64,000 nucleotides of DNA from Hemiscyllium ocellatum (taxonomy: Eukaryota), in the NCBI RefSeq assembly GCF_020745735.1, contig NC_083438.1, positions 32,238,443-32,302,442 on the forward strand, read 5' to 3'. The first letter of the stretch is position 1, and every line of letters begins with the position of its first letter. Below are positions 12,421 to 23,352 of the stretch, one piece after another. The translations under genes and the position numbers were made by a program. The notes under the pieces are model-generated. The model saw only the letters and a program-made list of their open reading frames with translations. It was not told the origin of the DNA and did not search any database.

Positions 12421-13389
12421 CTGAGGAGGGGGGAGGTCAGAATCCTGAGGGGGAAAGGATGTTGATGGTTTAGATTAAGTGATCAGAAAGTGCGAATGGC
12501 AGAACAACGATGTGTCTAACTGTCTGACTGGAAAACAGGCAATCCCACTGGGGTGGGGGACAGATGGCATAGAGAACAATGTAAAAAAGTGAAGCTAAAA
12601 GGAAAGGTAATGCCTTCACAAACTGAAGGCTTTGACCTCAATATTAAGTCCAGAAAGTTGTCGTGACTTAATATTGAATTCAACAACTTCAAATTGTGAA
12701 GCCATCCCTTCTCTTTCTTTTAAGCTTTACCTGTTATAATCTGTCACCATATTCCCTGTCCCCTCCCGCAACCCCTCGTGGGACTGTGTTCTTTCCGGTC
12801 TGGCAGTTAGACACACCATCATTCTGCCACTCTCACATTCCGATCACTTAATCTGAACATTCAACAGCCTTTCTCTCCCAGCATTCCAAACCCCTCCCCA
12901 CCTCACTACAGCTCTGAAGAAGAGACGTCTAGACCCCGAAATGTTAGCTTGCTCTCTCTCTACAGATGCTGCCTGTCCTGCTGTAATTTCCAGGATTTGT
13001 TGTTTTCAATGCAGATTCCAGCCTGTGCAATAATTTGCTCCTATAAACTCACCCGAGTGGCCGAACTAGCTTTGTTCAAGTTACTCATCAAGATTGGAAG
13101 CTTGTTTTTGTAAAATATAGACACCATTCTTGGTTGAGGACATCCCAGCTAAGCACAGGGAGTTGCTGTGACTCCCTGACAGAAGACAACAGAAGCTGCA
13201 AACAATCCAGAAGAGAATTGGTCCAATTCTGGAAGAGGGAATACATCCAAGGACCAACTGGTACAATACTGTGCCTTTAAGATTTATTCTGCGTCGTTTC
13301 TATTGCAGAGTGGTATCATCACCCTGGAGACAACATCACTGCTTCAGAAGCAGCAGGTCACATCTTTGAGCTCTGTGGTTATTTTTTTA

Positions 13390-13620
13390 AACGAGATGAA
13401 GGAAGCACGAATGAGTGAAGTCAGGTTCACACGTACGCAGGGTTTCAGCTTTGCTGAGGTTGGCAGTTTGAAACTGCTAGATACAGCTCTCTCTGCTGTG
13501 GCTGTTACTTCCCTGGTGCCACGATCAAGGATGTCTCAGAGACGGTGCAGAGTGTTCTCAAAAGGTGAGAGGCCCAGCAGGAGGTCATTGTACATATTGG
13601 AACCAACAACATAGGAAGGG
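13390..13620 (+). mobile_element. CR1 ORF1 SGNH-esterase fragment
   Basis: Frameshifted FPGA.IKDVSE...VIVHIGTNNIGR motif. Confidence 0.65.
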
Positions 13621-14399
13621 AAAATGCGAGTTCTGCAACTTGAGCCTTTCTCCTGAGCTGCTGGTAACACATGAGACAATCTGTTCTGCTGAATTTGCCT
13701 TGGCGAACTGCATATCTGGGATACTGCTATATTGGAACAATTGACTCATAGCTAAATAATATACTTAAAGCAATTAAATAGAATTGAAGTTGTGCCAATT
13801 TTCTTTTGTTTGCATTTTGACTGCAGTTTATGAATGAAGTGTGTATTGCTTAAAGCCTAACAAGTTGACCAATTAAATGAATACATTTGCCTTTAAATAA
13901 GTAAAAGTTAGGGTACAGGCCTTCTCTTTGAAATATTTTGAGGGAGTTTGGTCTGGTCCATAACATAAAGGGATATAAAAGCAGAGAAAACTGACTAGCA
14001 CAGATAGATGGGTCGAAGGATCTCCATCTTTGAGGTCCTGAAGAAGGGTGACTGGACCAGAAATGTTAACTCTGCTCTCTCTCCACAGATGCTACCAGAC
14101 CAGCTGGGTCTCTCCAGCAATTTCTGTTTCTCTTTCAGATCTCCATACCCTCAGGTCTCGGTTTTACAACAACTTACACCGTAGCCCTGGAAATATGCTG
14201 TTCTTGTGACCGCCCTGACAAGCACACGATGTAAACCTCCAGCAAAACATCTCCCTCTTTCAGAAAAACAATCCACAAAATGTCTGTGGCCCTGAATTCA
14301 GCTCTCTACACAATTCACCTCCACCACTCCCTGCGGGAGTGAGTCCCACATTCTTCCCCTCTCTGAGCGAAAACGTTTTCCCTGAATTCTCCGATGGGA

Positions 14400-15290
14400 T
14401 TTGTTAGGAGGTATTTATATAAGTGATTTTGATGAGAACATAGGAGGTATAGTTAGTAAGTTCGCAGATGACACCAAAACTGGAGGTGTGGTGGACAGCA
14501 AAGAATACAACGGGATCTTGAGCAGATGGACCAATGGACTGAGGAGTGGCAGATGGAATTTAATTTCGACAAATGCGAGATGCTGCATTTTGGAAAGGTA
14601 AATCAAGACAGGACTTTATATACTTAATAGTAAGGTCCTAGGGAGTGTTGCTGAACAAAGAGACCTTGGAGTGCAGGTTCATAGTTCCTTGAAAGTAGAG
14701 TCACAGGTAGGCAGGATAATGAAAAAAGCATTTGGTATGTTTTCCTTTATTGATCATACATTGAGTACAGGAGTTGGGAGGTCATGTTGCGGCTGTAAAT
14801 GACATTGGTTAGGCCACTGTTGGAATATCGCGTGCAATTCTGGGCTTCCTCCTATCGGAAGGATGGTGTGAAGCTTGAACAGGCTCAGATAGGCTGGGGC
14901 TGTTTTACCTGGAGTGTCGGAAGCTGAGGGGTGACCTTAGGAGGTTTATAAAATCATGATGGGCATGGATAGGGTAAATAGACAAGGTCTTTTCCCTGGG
15001 GTGCGGTGTCCAGAACTAGAGGGCATAGGTTTAGGGTGAGAGGGGAAAGAATTATAAGGGACCCAAGGGCATCATTTTCATGCAGAGGGTGGTGCTTGTG
15101 TGGAATGAGCTGCTCGAGGAAGTGGTGCAGGCTGGTACACTCGCATCATTTAAAAGGTATCTGGATGGGTATATGCATGAAAAGAGTTTACAGTGATATG
15201 GGCCAAGTGCTGGCAAATGGGACTAGATTAAATCAGGCTGTGGTCAGCATGGAGGAGTTGGACCGAAGGGTTCATTTCCATGCTACACAT
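14400..15290 (+). mobile_element. CR1 RT-3' end inserted in an older minus-strand CR1 remnant
   Basis: KFADDTKTGGVVDS, CR1 tail. Confidence 0.88.
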
Positions 15291-15772
15291 CTCGGATTGT
15301 CTTCTATCACTGCTCCCTAGTTCTGGTCTAATACCGATAAGTTGAAACGTGATCTGGTAGATATACAGATGGAAGCCCCTTACTTAATTTTACAACTTTG
15401 ATGAGGCCACCCCTCAGCTTTCTTCTGGGATGCCAAATGCATCCCCAGTCCAGATTAAACAAAACGACCATCTGTGTGGGACTATTATTGGTAGTAATGG
15501 GGCTTCACCCAGCATATCCCCCCTCTCAGGTCTAGAGAGTTGGTAACAGTGGGTTAAAAGGAAGGATACCCCCCTCCCTTACCCGCTCTCTCCTCTGGCA
15601 TAGGTAGGGAGGTACAATGACCCCACCACTTCCCAAACCGGCTGTCTCAAATGATTAATTCCACTTCTCCCCCAGAAGGGGAATGTGAACAGAGCACCAC
15701 CTCCATGAACACACAACAGGACTCAGCTGCAGGGACAGGTTCCTTGGTGCCCATCCTCCCACAGATACTCAC

Positions 15773-15854
15773 CAGCACCTCAGGTTCCAAACCACTGCCA
15801 TGCCACAACTTGCCAGCCATAGTACTGTCAACTCCCACATCTTGCTCAGCTTTA
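15773..15854 (-). CDS. HAUS5: HAUS5 coding exon 6 (KAEQDVGVDSTMAGKLWHGSGLEPEVL)
   Basis: AG/GTGAG sites, 82 nt, phase 2 to 0; KA..DV...GLEP.VL as in human. Confidence 0.92.
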
Positions 15855-15995
15855 CTGAAACAGATAGGGGAAATAAGTAAGGAAACAGTAAAGTTTTCAA
15901 AGGGATACTCCAAAATCAGGCCAAACATGGTATCTCCAACAGCGCTCCCTCAGCCCTCCCACAGCACGCCATGCGCCCTCGGTAGGTTTCCTCAC

Positions 15996-16155
15996 CTGCC
16001 GATCTGTCTGAAGACATGTAGCCGATCGTGCAACTTCTTGCTCTGTTCCTCCAGTGTCTTCCTCCTGTTTACTGCACGCTGCAGAAACGCTTGTAACAAA
16101 ATATTTCGCTGTTTCAGATCCTGCAGCCTCTCGCAAGTCTCCCTCAGTATTTGTT
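15996..16155 (-). CDS. HAUS5: HAUS5 coding exon 5 (EQILRETCERLQDLKQRNILLQAFLQRAVNRRKTLEEQSKKLHDRLHVFRQIG)
   Basis: AG/GTGAG sites, 160 nt, phase 1 to 2, open frame. Confidence 0.88.
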
Positions 16156-16829
16156 CTGCATAGTAACAAATCAGGCTGAAAATTCACCAAGGGAGAGACC
16201 ACGCCCACTGACAAGTGCCCTACACTGAGAGACCATTCAGCCCCTCAGCTGGTGCTTCTTCACACCAGCCTTGTGACCAATCCTTTCTTCATCCCACACT
16301 TTCCACTGGTTTCTCTCGCACCTGTTTATCCAGTTTCCCTGTTTCTATACATCAATACAATTTAGCTTGTACATTTTGATAGTGAGTCCTGCAGCTCACC
16401 CCCCACACACCACGCACTGCAAGAACAACTCCCTCACCTCACCACAACCCCCCAAAAAGGGAGCAAGTGCCACATTTCCTCCACGCAGCTCCCCCCGCCC
16501 TCCCAACTCGCTAGGAGAAGACATTTCACCTGAACTGCCAATTGGATTTGTTAGAGATTGTCTTCTCTCGATGGCCCCTTGTTCTGGTCTCCTAACACAC
16601 CCTGTCCATGCCTCCAAAAATGTAAAACATCACCTCTGAGTCTCCACAGTTGTAGTCCCTCTCTCATTTTAAAAACAGCTCAATCAAGTCACCCTACTCT
16701 TTTGTGAAAAGACCTCGGCTTGGTCTATCTTGCTGATATTTATCTGCACTCCCTGGGAGTCAAGTCTACAAAAAGTGCCTTGCACTTTCTCCACACCTTC
16801 CCTATCCCTATCTGGCACATATTTCTGTC

Positions 16830-17890
16830 TATAGAGTCATAGAGATGTACAGCATGGAAAGAGACCCTTCGGTCCAACCTATCTATGCCGACCAGATATC
16901 CCAACCCAATCTAGTCCCACCTGCCAGCACCCGGCCCAGATCCCTCCAAACCCTTTCTATTCATATACCCATCCAAATGCCTCTTAAATGTTGCAATTGT
17001 ACAGCCTCCATCACATCCTCTGGCAGCTCATTCCATACACATACCACCCTCTGCGTGAAAAAGCTGCCCCTTAGGTCTCTTTTATATCTTTCCCATCTCA
17101 CCCTAAACCTATGCCCTCTAGTTCTGGACTCCCTGACCCCAGGGAAAATACTTTGCCTACTTACCCTACTAATCCATGCCCCTCATAAATTTTGTAAACC
17201 TCTATAAAGGTCATCCCTCAGCCTCCGACGCTGCAGGGAAAACAGCTTGTTCAGCTTCTCCCTATAGCTCAGATCCTCCAACCCTGACAATATCCTTGGA
17301 AATCTTTTCTGAACCCTTTCAAGTTTCACAACATCTTTCCGATAGGAAGGAGACCAGAATTGCACACAATATTCCAACAGTGACCTAACCAATGTCCTGT
17401 ACAGCCGCAACATGACCTCCCAACTCCTGTACTCAATACTCTGACCAATAAAGGAAAGCATACCAAACGCCTTCTTCACTATCCTATCTACCTGCAACTC
17501 CACTTTCAAGGAGCTATGAACCTGCACTCCAAGGTTTCTTTGTTCAGCAACACTCCCTAGGAGCTTACCATTAAGTGTATAAGTCCTGCTAAGATTTGCT
17601 TTCCCAAAATGCAGCACCTCACATTTATCCGAATTAAACTCCATCTGCCACTTCTCAGTCCATTGGGCCATCTGATCAAGATCCTGTTATAATCAGACGT
17701 AACCTTCTTCGCTGTCCACTACACCTCCAATTTTGGTGTAATCTGCAAACTTACTAACTGTACCTCTTATGCTCATTTATGTAAATGACAAAAAGTAGAG
17801 GACCCAGCACCAATCCTTGTGGCACTCCACTGAATACAGGCCTCCAGTCTGAAAAACAACCCATCTTGAACCCGGAATAGACCATTTGGT
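16830..17890 (-). mobile_element. CR1 RT-3' end
   Basis: WQMEFNSDKCEVLHFG, LEYCVQFWSP. Confidence 0.92.
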
Positions 17891-17949
17891 CCTTCTAGCC
17901 TGCCTTGCCTTTCAATATCATCACATCCCACTAATGAAGGGGGAATATG

Positions 17950-18610
17950 GCACAAGTTCCTTAAAGTGGAGTCACAGTTAGATCGTATAATGTAGGCGGT
18001 GTCTGGTATGTTTACCTTTTTATGGTCAGTGCATTGAGTATAGCAAGTTGGGAGATCACGTTGTGGCTGTACGGGACACTGGTTAGGCCACTTTTAGAAT
18101 ACTGCATTCAATTCTGGTCTCTCTACTAGCAGAAGGATGTTGTGAAACTTGAATTGGTTCAGAAAACATTTACAAGGATGTTGCCAGTGTTGGAAGGTTT
18201 GAGCTGTAGGGAGAGGCTGAATAGGCTGGGGCTATTTTCCCTGGAACTTCAGAGGCTGAGCAGGGCTCTATAGAGGTTTACAAAATCATGAGGAGCATGG
18301 AAAAGGAAAAGGTAAATAGACAAGGTATTTTTTTCCCCCCAGTGTAGGTAAATCCAAATCTAGAGGCCATGGATTTAAATTGAAACGGAGAAAGATTTAA
18401 AAGGGACTTATGGGGCAATGTTTTCATACAGAGGGTTGTGCGTGTGAGAAATGAGCTGCCAGAGGTGGTACAACAGCACTTAAAAAAGGTACATGAATGA
18501 TGTTTGGAGTGATATGTGCCAAATGCTGGCTAATAGATGAGATCAGTTTCGGATGTCTGGTCGGCATGGACGAGTTAGACCAAAATGTCAGTTTCTGTGC
18601 TGTACGTCTG
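17950..18610 (+). mobile_element. CR1 3' end
   Basis: Same nucleotide motifs as other CR1 3' ends. Confidence 0.85.
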
Positions 18611-18687
18611 TGACTGTTCAAAGGGCTGAGGGAAGAGTGGGCCAGGCTGGAGTAACAGACTGAATCTGACAGGGTCTGACAGCTCAC

Positions 18688-18808
18688 CATCAATCTCTTG
18701 CTGCTCGTGCTCTGAGCTTTCGTCCAATTGCTGGAGATCAGTCTGCAGAGATACAAGCTGTTCCAGCAGCTTCCTCCTTTTCTTCTGCTCCTTGTCAGAC
18801 AATGGAGC
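18688..18808 (-). CDS. HAUS5: HAUS5 coding exon 4 (APLSDKEQKKRRKLLEQLVSLQTDLQQLDESSEHEQQEID)
   Basis: AG/GTGAG sites, 121 nt, phase 0 to 1; coiled-coil pattern like human [23 protein letters not shown]. Confidence 0.88.
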
Positions 18809-19214
18809 CTGGGAGTGGAACAGAAACACACCGTGTAAGATTCAATCATCCTACCAACAGGCAACGAGAGCTAAATGCAAACTGTGTCTATCCTGCACAT
18901 GCTGATCACAATGCAAGACTGAAAACAGATTCATGTTTTCATGATGGGGACAGAGTAGACACAGCTTTACTATGCATCTAAACTTGTACTGTCCTGCCCT
19001 GGGTGAATTTCATAGAGACAACGTAAAGGGGGCTTTCAGTTGTACCTAACCCATGCTGACCCTGTCCCGGGAGTGTTTGATGGGGACAGTATAAAGGCAA
19101 CTTTACTCGGGATTGAACCCTGTGCTGTCTCTGCCTGGAATCACACGATAAATTTACTTTTTAAACCGGATAGAAAGACATCCTAATATACCTCTTCCTC
19201 TTCACATCACTTAC

Positions 19215-19272
19215 CTCAGAGCCTTTTACCCATCGGTTCCTGAGCAAACAGTCAAGGAAAGTCTCAACGTCA
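19215..19272 (-). CDS. HAUS5: HAUS5 coding exon 3 (DVETFLDCLLRNRWVKGSE)
   Basis: Polypyrimidine+CAG acceptor, GTAAGT donor, 58 nt; phase 2 to 0 bridges exons 2 and 4 exactly; sequence diverged from the recalled human exon. Confidence 0.75.
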
Positions 19273-19309
19273 CTGCAAGGAAATAACCAATCATATGGCT
19301 CCTTACTCC

Positions 19310-20390
19310 ACGCCTCCCTCCCTCTGCAACCTCCTCCGGCCCCTCCACGCCTCCCTCCCTCCCTCTGCAACCTCCACCGGCCCCTCCACGCCTCCCACCC
19401 TCCGCAACCTCCTCCGGCCCCTCCACGCCTCCCTCCCTCCCTCTGCAACCTCCTCCGGCCCCTCCACGCCTCCCTCCCTCCCTCTGCAACCTCCTCCGGC
19501 CCCTCCACGCCTCCCTCCCTCCGCAACCTCCTCCGGCCCCTCCATGCCTCCCTCCCTCTGCAACCTCCTCCGGCCCCTCCACGCCTCCCTCCCTCCCTCT
19601 GCAACCTCCTCCGGCCCCTCCACGCCTCCCTCCCTCCCTCCCTCCGCAACCTCCTCCGGCCCCTCCACGCCTCCCTCCCTCCGCAACCTCCTCCGGCCCC
19701 TCCACGCCTCCCTCCCTCCCTCCGCAACCTCCTCCGGCCCCTCCACGCCTCCCTCCCTCCCTCCGCAACCTCCTCCGGCCCCTCCACGCCTCCCACCCTC
19801 CCTCCGCAACCTCCTCCGGCCCCTCCACGCCTCCCACCCTCCCTCCGCAACCTCCTCCGGCCCCTCCACGCCTCCCACCCTCCCTCCGCAACCTCCTCCG
19901 GCCCCTCCACGCCTCCCTCCGCAACCTCCTCCGGCCCCTCCACGCCTCCCACCCTCCTCCGGCCCCTCCACGCCTCCCACCCTCCTCCGGCCCCTCCACG
20001 CCTCCCACCCTCCCTCCGCAACCTCCTCGCCTCCCACCCTTCCTCCGCAACCTCCTCCGGCCCCTCCACGCCTCCCACCCTCCCTCCGCAACCTCCTCCG
20101 GCCCCTCCACGCCTCCCACCCTCCCTCCGCAACCTCCTCCGGCCCCTCCACGCCTCCCACCCTCCCTCCGCAACCTCCTCCGGCCCCTCCACGCCTCCCA
20201 CCCTCCCTCCGCAACCTCCTCCGGCCCCTCCACGCCTCCCTCCCTCCCACCGCAACCTCCTCCGGCCCCTCCACGCCTCCCACCCTCCCTCTGCAACCTC
20301 CTCCGGCCCCTCCCTCCCTCTGCAACCTCCTCCGGCCCCTCCACGCCTCCCTCCCTCTGCAACCTCCTCCGGCCCTCCATGCCTCCCAAA
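19310..20390. repeat. GC-rich minisatellite, variable ~22-42 bp unit GCAACCTCCTCCGGCCCCTCCACGCCTCCC(TCCC/ACCC)nTCC
   Basis: About 30 near-identical tandem units; strong C/G strand skew. Confidence 0.97.
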
Positions 20391-20839
20391 CCCTGCAGCC
20401 TCCTCTGGCCCCTGCATCACTCCCTATCTGAGTGATCTGCGCATCTCAAATTCCAACTTCTCCAGAATCCCCCAATTCCCATCAGTCTACCATTGGCAGC
20501 ATGCCTTCGGTTGCCCACAGCTCCAAACTTTAACAATCCTTCGATTATTGTTTCGGTCTCATCATCTAAAGACATTTCTGATTGTGAAACTCAGGCAAAT
20601 CAAGTCAATCTCCCCAGTGTGACTATTATAACCCAGAGCATGGTCTCCCAGTATAAATTACTGCCAACAGCTTAAAGGATACCATTCCAGATTCCCCTTG
20701 ATCTCTCTCACTACCCTGAAAGAGAGAAATGGATGAAGTGAGCCAGGCGACCACTGGAGGTTTAACTGTAACTAAACATGTCTGACAACAGGCATCAGAC
20801 ACCCTGCAATTCGGCCAATTTAATAGGCCGCACTCTGAG

Positions 20840-21200
20840 GGGATCAGGGTCGAGGGAGCGCCACGCTCTCAGGGCCAAGGAAGCGCTGCGCTTTCAGATG
20901 TGCCTCCTCTTGAACAACTCCTTGAAGCATTGTCCCTTCGCGAAGCATTATACTGTCTCCAAGCTCAGGTCAACTCCATAATTATCAGAGCAACTGTGGT
21001 GAGGAAAAGCAGTGAGGGACTTCCTCCTGGTGTCCAATTTTCATCTCATCAGCAACATTAAAACTAACACAATCTGGTCATTATTTACTGGAATTTGAGG
21101 GAGATTGCTGTGTCCAGACTTCAGACAAACTTCCTTCAGCAACAACTACATTTGGGCAATGGTTTGTAACCCTCTATGGGTAAGTCACAAGACGGTGAAC
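20840..21200 (+). mobile_element. Ancient Deu-domain-like SINE remnant
   Basis: GAGGGAGCGCCAC...CTTTCAGATG...CCTGGTGTCC...ATCTGGTCATTAT...TTGCTGTG. Confidence 0.45.
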
Positions 21201-21321
21201 GCCTCTTCCCCAAGTCTCAAATATCAGCGTTGCTTGAACATGACATCCTGGGAAACCATCAGTTTCTCTGGCCTATGTCCTTGACAAGGTACCAACACGA
21301 CAGCAGTGTGCAGTCACTTAC

Positions 21322-21384
21322 TCTTTCCGCTTGATGTAGCGAGTGACATATTCCCAGATGTCTTGACTCTGACCAGCACAGAGT
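21322..21384 (-). CDS. HAUS5: HAUS5 coding exon 2 (LCAGQSQDIWEYVTRYIKRK)
   Basis: AG/GTAAG sites, 63 nt, phase 2 to 2; resembles human LCLGQGADIWAYI. Confidence 0.92.
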
Positions 21385-22497
21385 CTGGAAGAAAAAACAC
21401 AAAACAGAAAATGAACAAATAAGAGAATTTCACTCTGAAGATTTGCAAAAAAAAAGTCATTTATACATGTCTGTGAAACACATCTTCTTCAGATTCAAAA
21501 TATAGAAGAGAAACGTTGCTGAAGAAGACATGTTATCAAGTCTACAAACTGGAGAAACTCAGCGGGTCTGGCAGACATATGAAGAGAAAGCAGAGTTAAC
21601 ACTTTGAATCCTAAGGTGCTTCTTCAAACTGTGAATGGACAGAACAGTCTAGAAGGGTCACTGCACCTGAGACTATGCTTTCTCTCCACGAATACTGTCC
21701 AGCAATTTCTGTTTTGTTTCAGATCTCCACATCCAACGTTCTCAGTTTTATCAACGTCATCAATGTTTCTCATCAGGACCAACACAAGAATTATAAACTT
21801 CAAACACAGATATAAAAGAGACTCAAAAGGCAATCTTTCACGCAGAGTGTGATGTGTGTATGGAATGAGCTGCCAGAGGAAGTGGGGAATGGTATGGGCC
21901 AAGTGCTGGTAAACAAAACTACATGAGGTTAGACTATCTGGTCAGCATGAACGAATTGGACCGAAAGGTCTGTTTCTGTGCTGCACATCTCTATGACCCG
22001 CTCATTTTGTACCCTGGCCTTCGAAATTTGCTGTTTTGGGGAATACCTTGACAAGTACACAATGTAAATCTTCAGTAAAGCATCTCTTTTTCAGAAAGGC
22101 AAAACACCACAAAATGGCTGCAGTCCTGAATTTAGCCCTCAACTCAAATTACTGCCACCACTCCCTGTGGGCATAAGTTTCACATTCTCCCTCACTGTCT
22201 GGAGGAATATGTTTCTCCTGAATTTTCCATTGGATTTATTAGGGACTGTCTTCTATCACTGCTCGCTCGTTCTGGTCTCCTACCAATAAGTCAAAACACC
22301 TTCTCCACATCCAAATGATTGCCTAATTTTACAACTTGGATCAGGCCACTCCTCAGCCTCCTTTTTGGTAGAGAACGCAGCCCACGGGTCTGTCCTGTTC
22401 TTTCCTGATCATCAGCACATTTTGGTACTCGCATCATAGGCAAACATTGGGCAGGACTGCACAGTCAGCCAAGACGCAGGGTATGCACTCTCCTCAC

Positions 22498-22586
22498 TTT
22501 CGGAATCCAGCGTCAGTGGGCATGTTCTGGTCAGGGACTCCCATCTCGACTGCCCATTCCTTCAGCTTCATGGCCACGTCCTCCAT
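22498..22586 (-). CDS. HAUS5: HAUS augmin-like complex subunit 5, coding exon 1 (MEDVAMKLKEWAVEMGVPDQNMPTDAGFRK)
   Basis: ATG at 22586-22584, 3 nt inside an AG acceptor (22590-91); GTGAG donor; phase 2 end; W-A-V-E-M-G-V-P resembles the recalled human HAUS5 N-terminus (WAVEEMGVP). Confidence 0.9.
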
Positions 22587-22959
22587 GACCTGGGAAATAA
22601 AGCAGATTAAAATGTTCAGCAGAGTCAATCATTTGGACAGATGCCACAACTCTATTTTCCTTATGTCATACTTGACACATCCCTATCCCTAGTCCTAGTC
22701 CTAGCCCTAGCCCTGTAACCCTGTAACACACTGTCAACATCCCAAAGCAGCTGAATTTCCTGATGTTTACTCCAATGTCTGTAACCCTATCCTCCCAGCT
22801 CTCTTCCTTATCATTCATACGCTTAGTCCCTACTTATTCCTCCTTTGCTCATTGCCCCTTACCCACAATTCCATTCTCTCTCTCCCCACCCCCCAATCTT
22901 TCTGGCCTTGGCTTCCCCCTTTCCCTACTTTCTTCCCCCCCTTCCTTCCCCCCATCTTT

Positions 22960-23190
22960 TCTCCACATTCACCTCCTCCTCCGCCGTTTCCCGCCTTCCT
23001 CGGTGAGACGGGACGCAGGGCGGCGTCACTCACGCGTCTCCCGCGCACGCGCAGACCTCCGGCCGGCGGCCGGTTCCAGCCCCCCCCCCCGCGCACGCGC
23101 ACCTTTCAGATTTTCAAATCCCGGTCAGAGCAACGGATCAAAAAGAAACCGCCAAGAGAAGGAGCACGTGACCGAAGCGTCAACTGAGCT
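22960..23190 (-). promoter_or_regulatory. CpG-rich HAUS5 promoter and probable non-coding first exon
   Basis: Local CpG/GC peak; two GCGCACGCGC NRF1-like sites (23043-52, 23091-100); CACGTGAC E-box (23165-72); minus-strand GTGAGT donor at 23033-23028. Confidence 0.7.
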
Positions 23191-23352
23191 GCTAAAGCTG
23201 TTCCAGACATGAATAAAAGTCATATTACCATCTTTCAATAATAGTCCCTGCAATAAAATCACCATCTTTCAATAATAACCCCTTCAATAATCATCTCTCT
23301 TTAATAATAGCCCATTCAATAATTATCATACCTCTTCAATAATAACACTTTC

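Noticed and set aside
15651-16163. 170-aa plus-strand ORF
   Set aside because: Antisense shadow of HAUS5 exons 5-6.
19295-20431. 378-aa Pro-rich plus-strand ORF and two other long minus-strand ORFs
   Set aside because: Products of a stop-free minisatellite unit; no splice or domain support.
14225-22370. Apparent ~330-bp segmental duplication (14225-15425 versus 22065-22370)
   Set aside because: Both are old minus-strand CR1 3' remnants, not a locus-specific duplication.
22763-23212. Overlapping ORFs of 90-149 aa at the CpG island
   Set aside because: GC-rich, low-complexity promoter DNA lacks stops; no recognisable domain.
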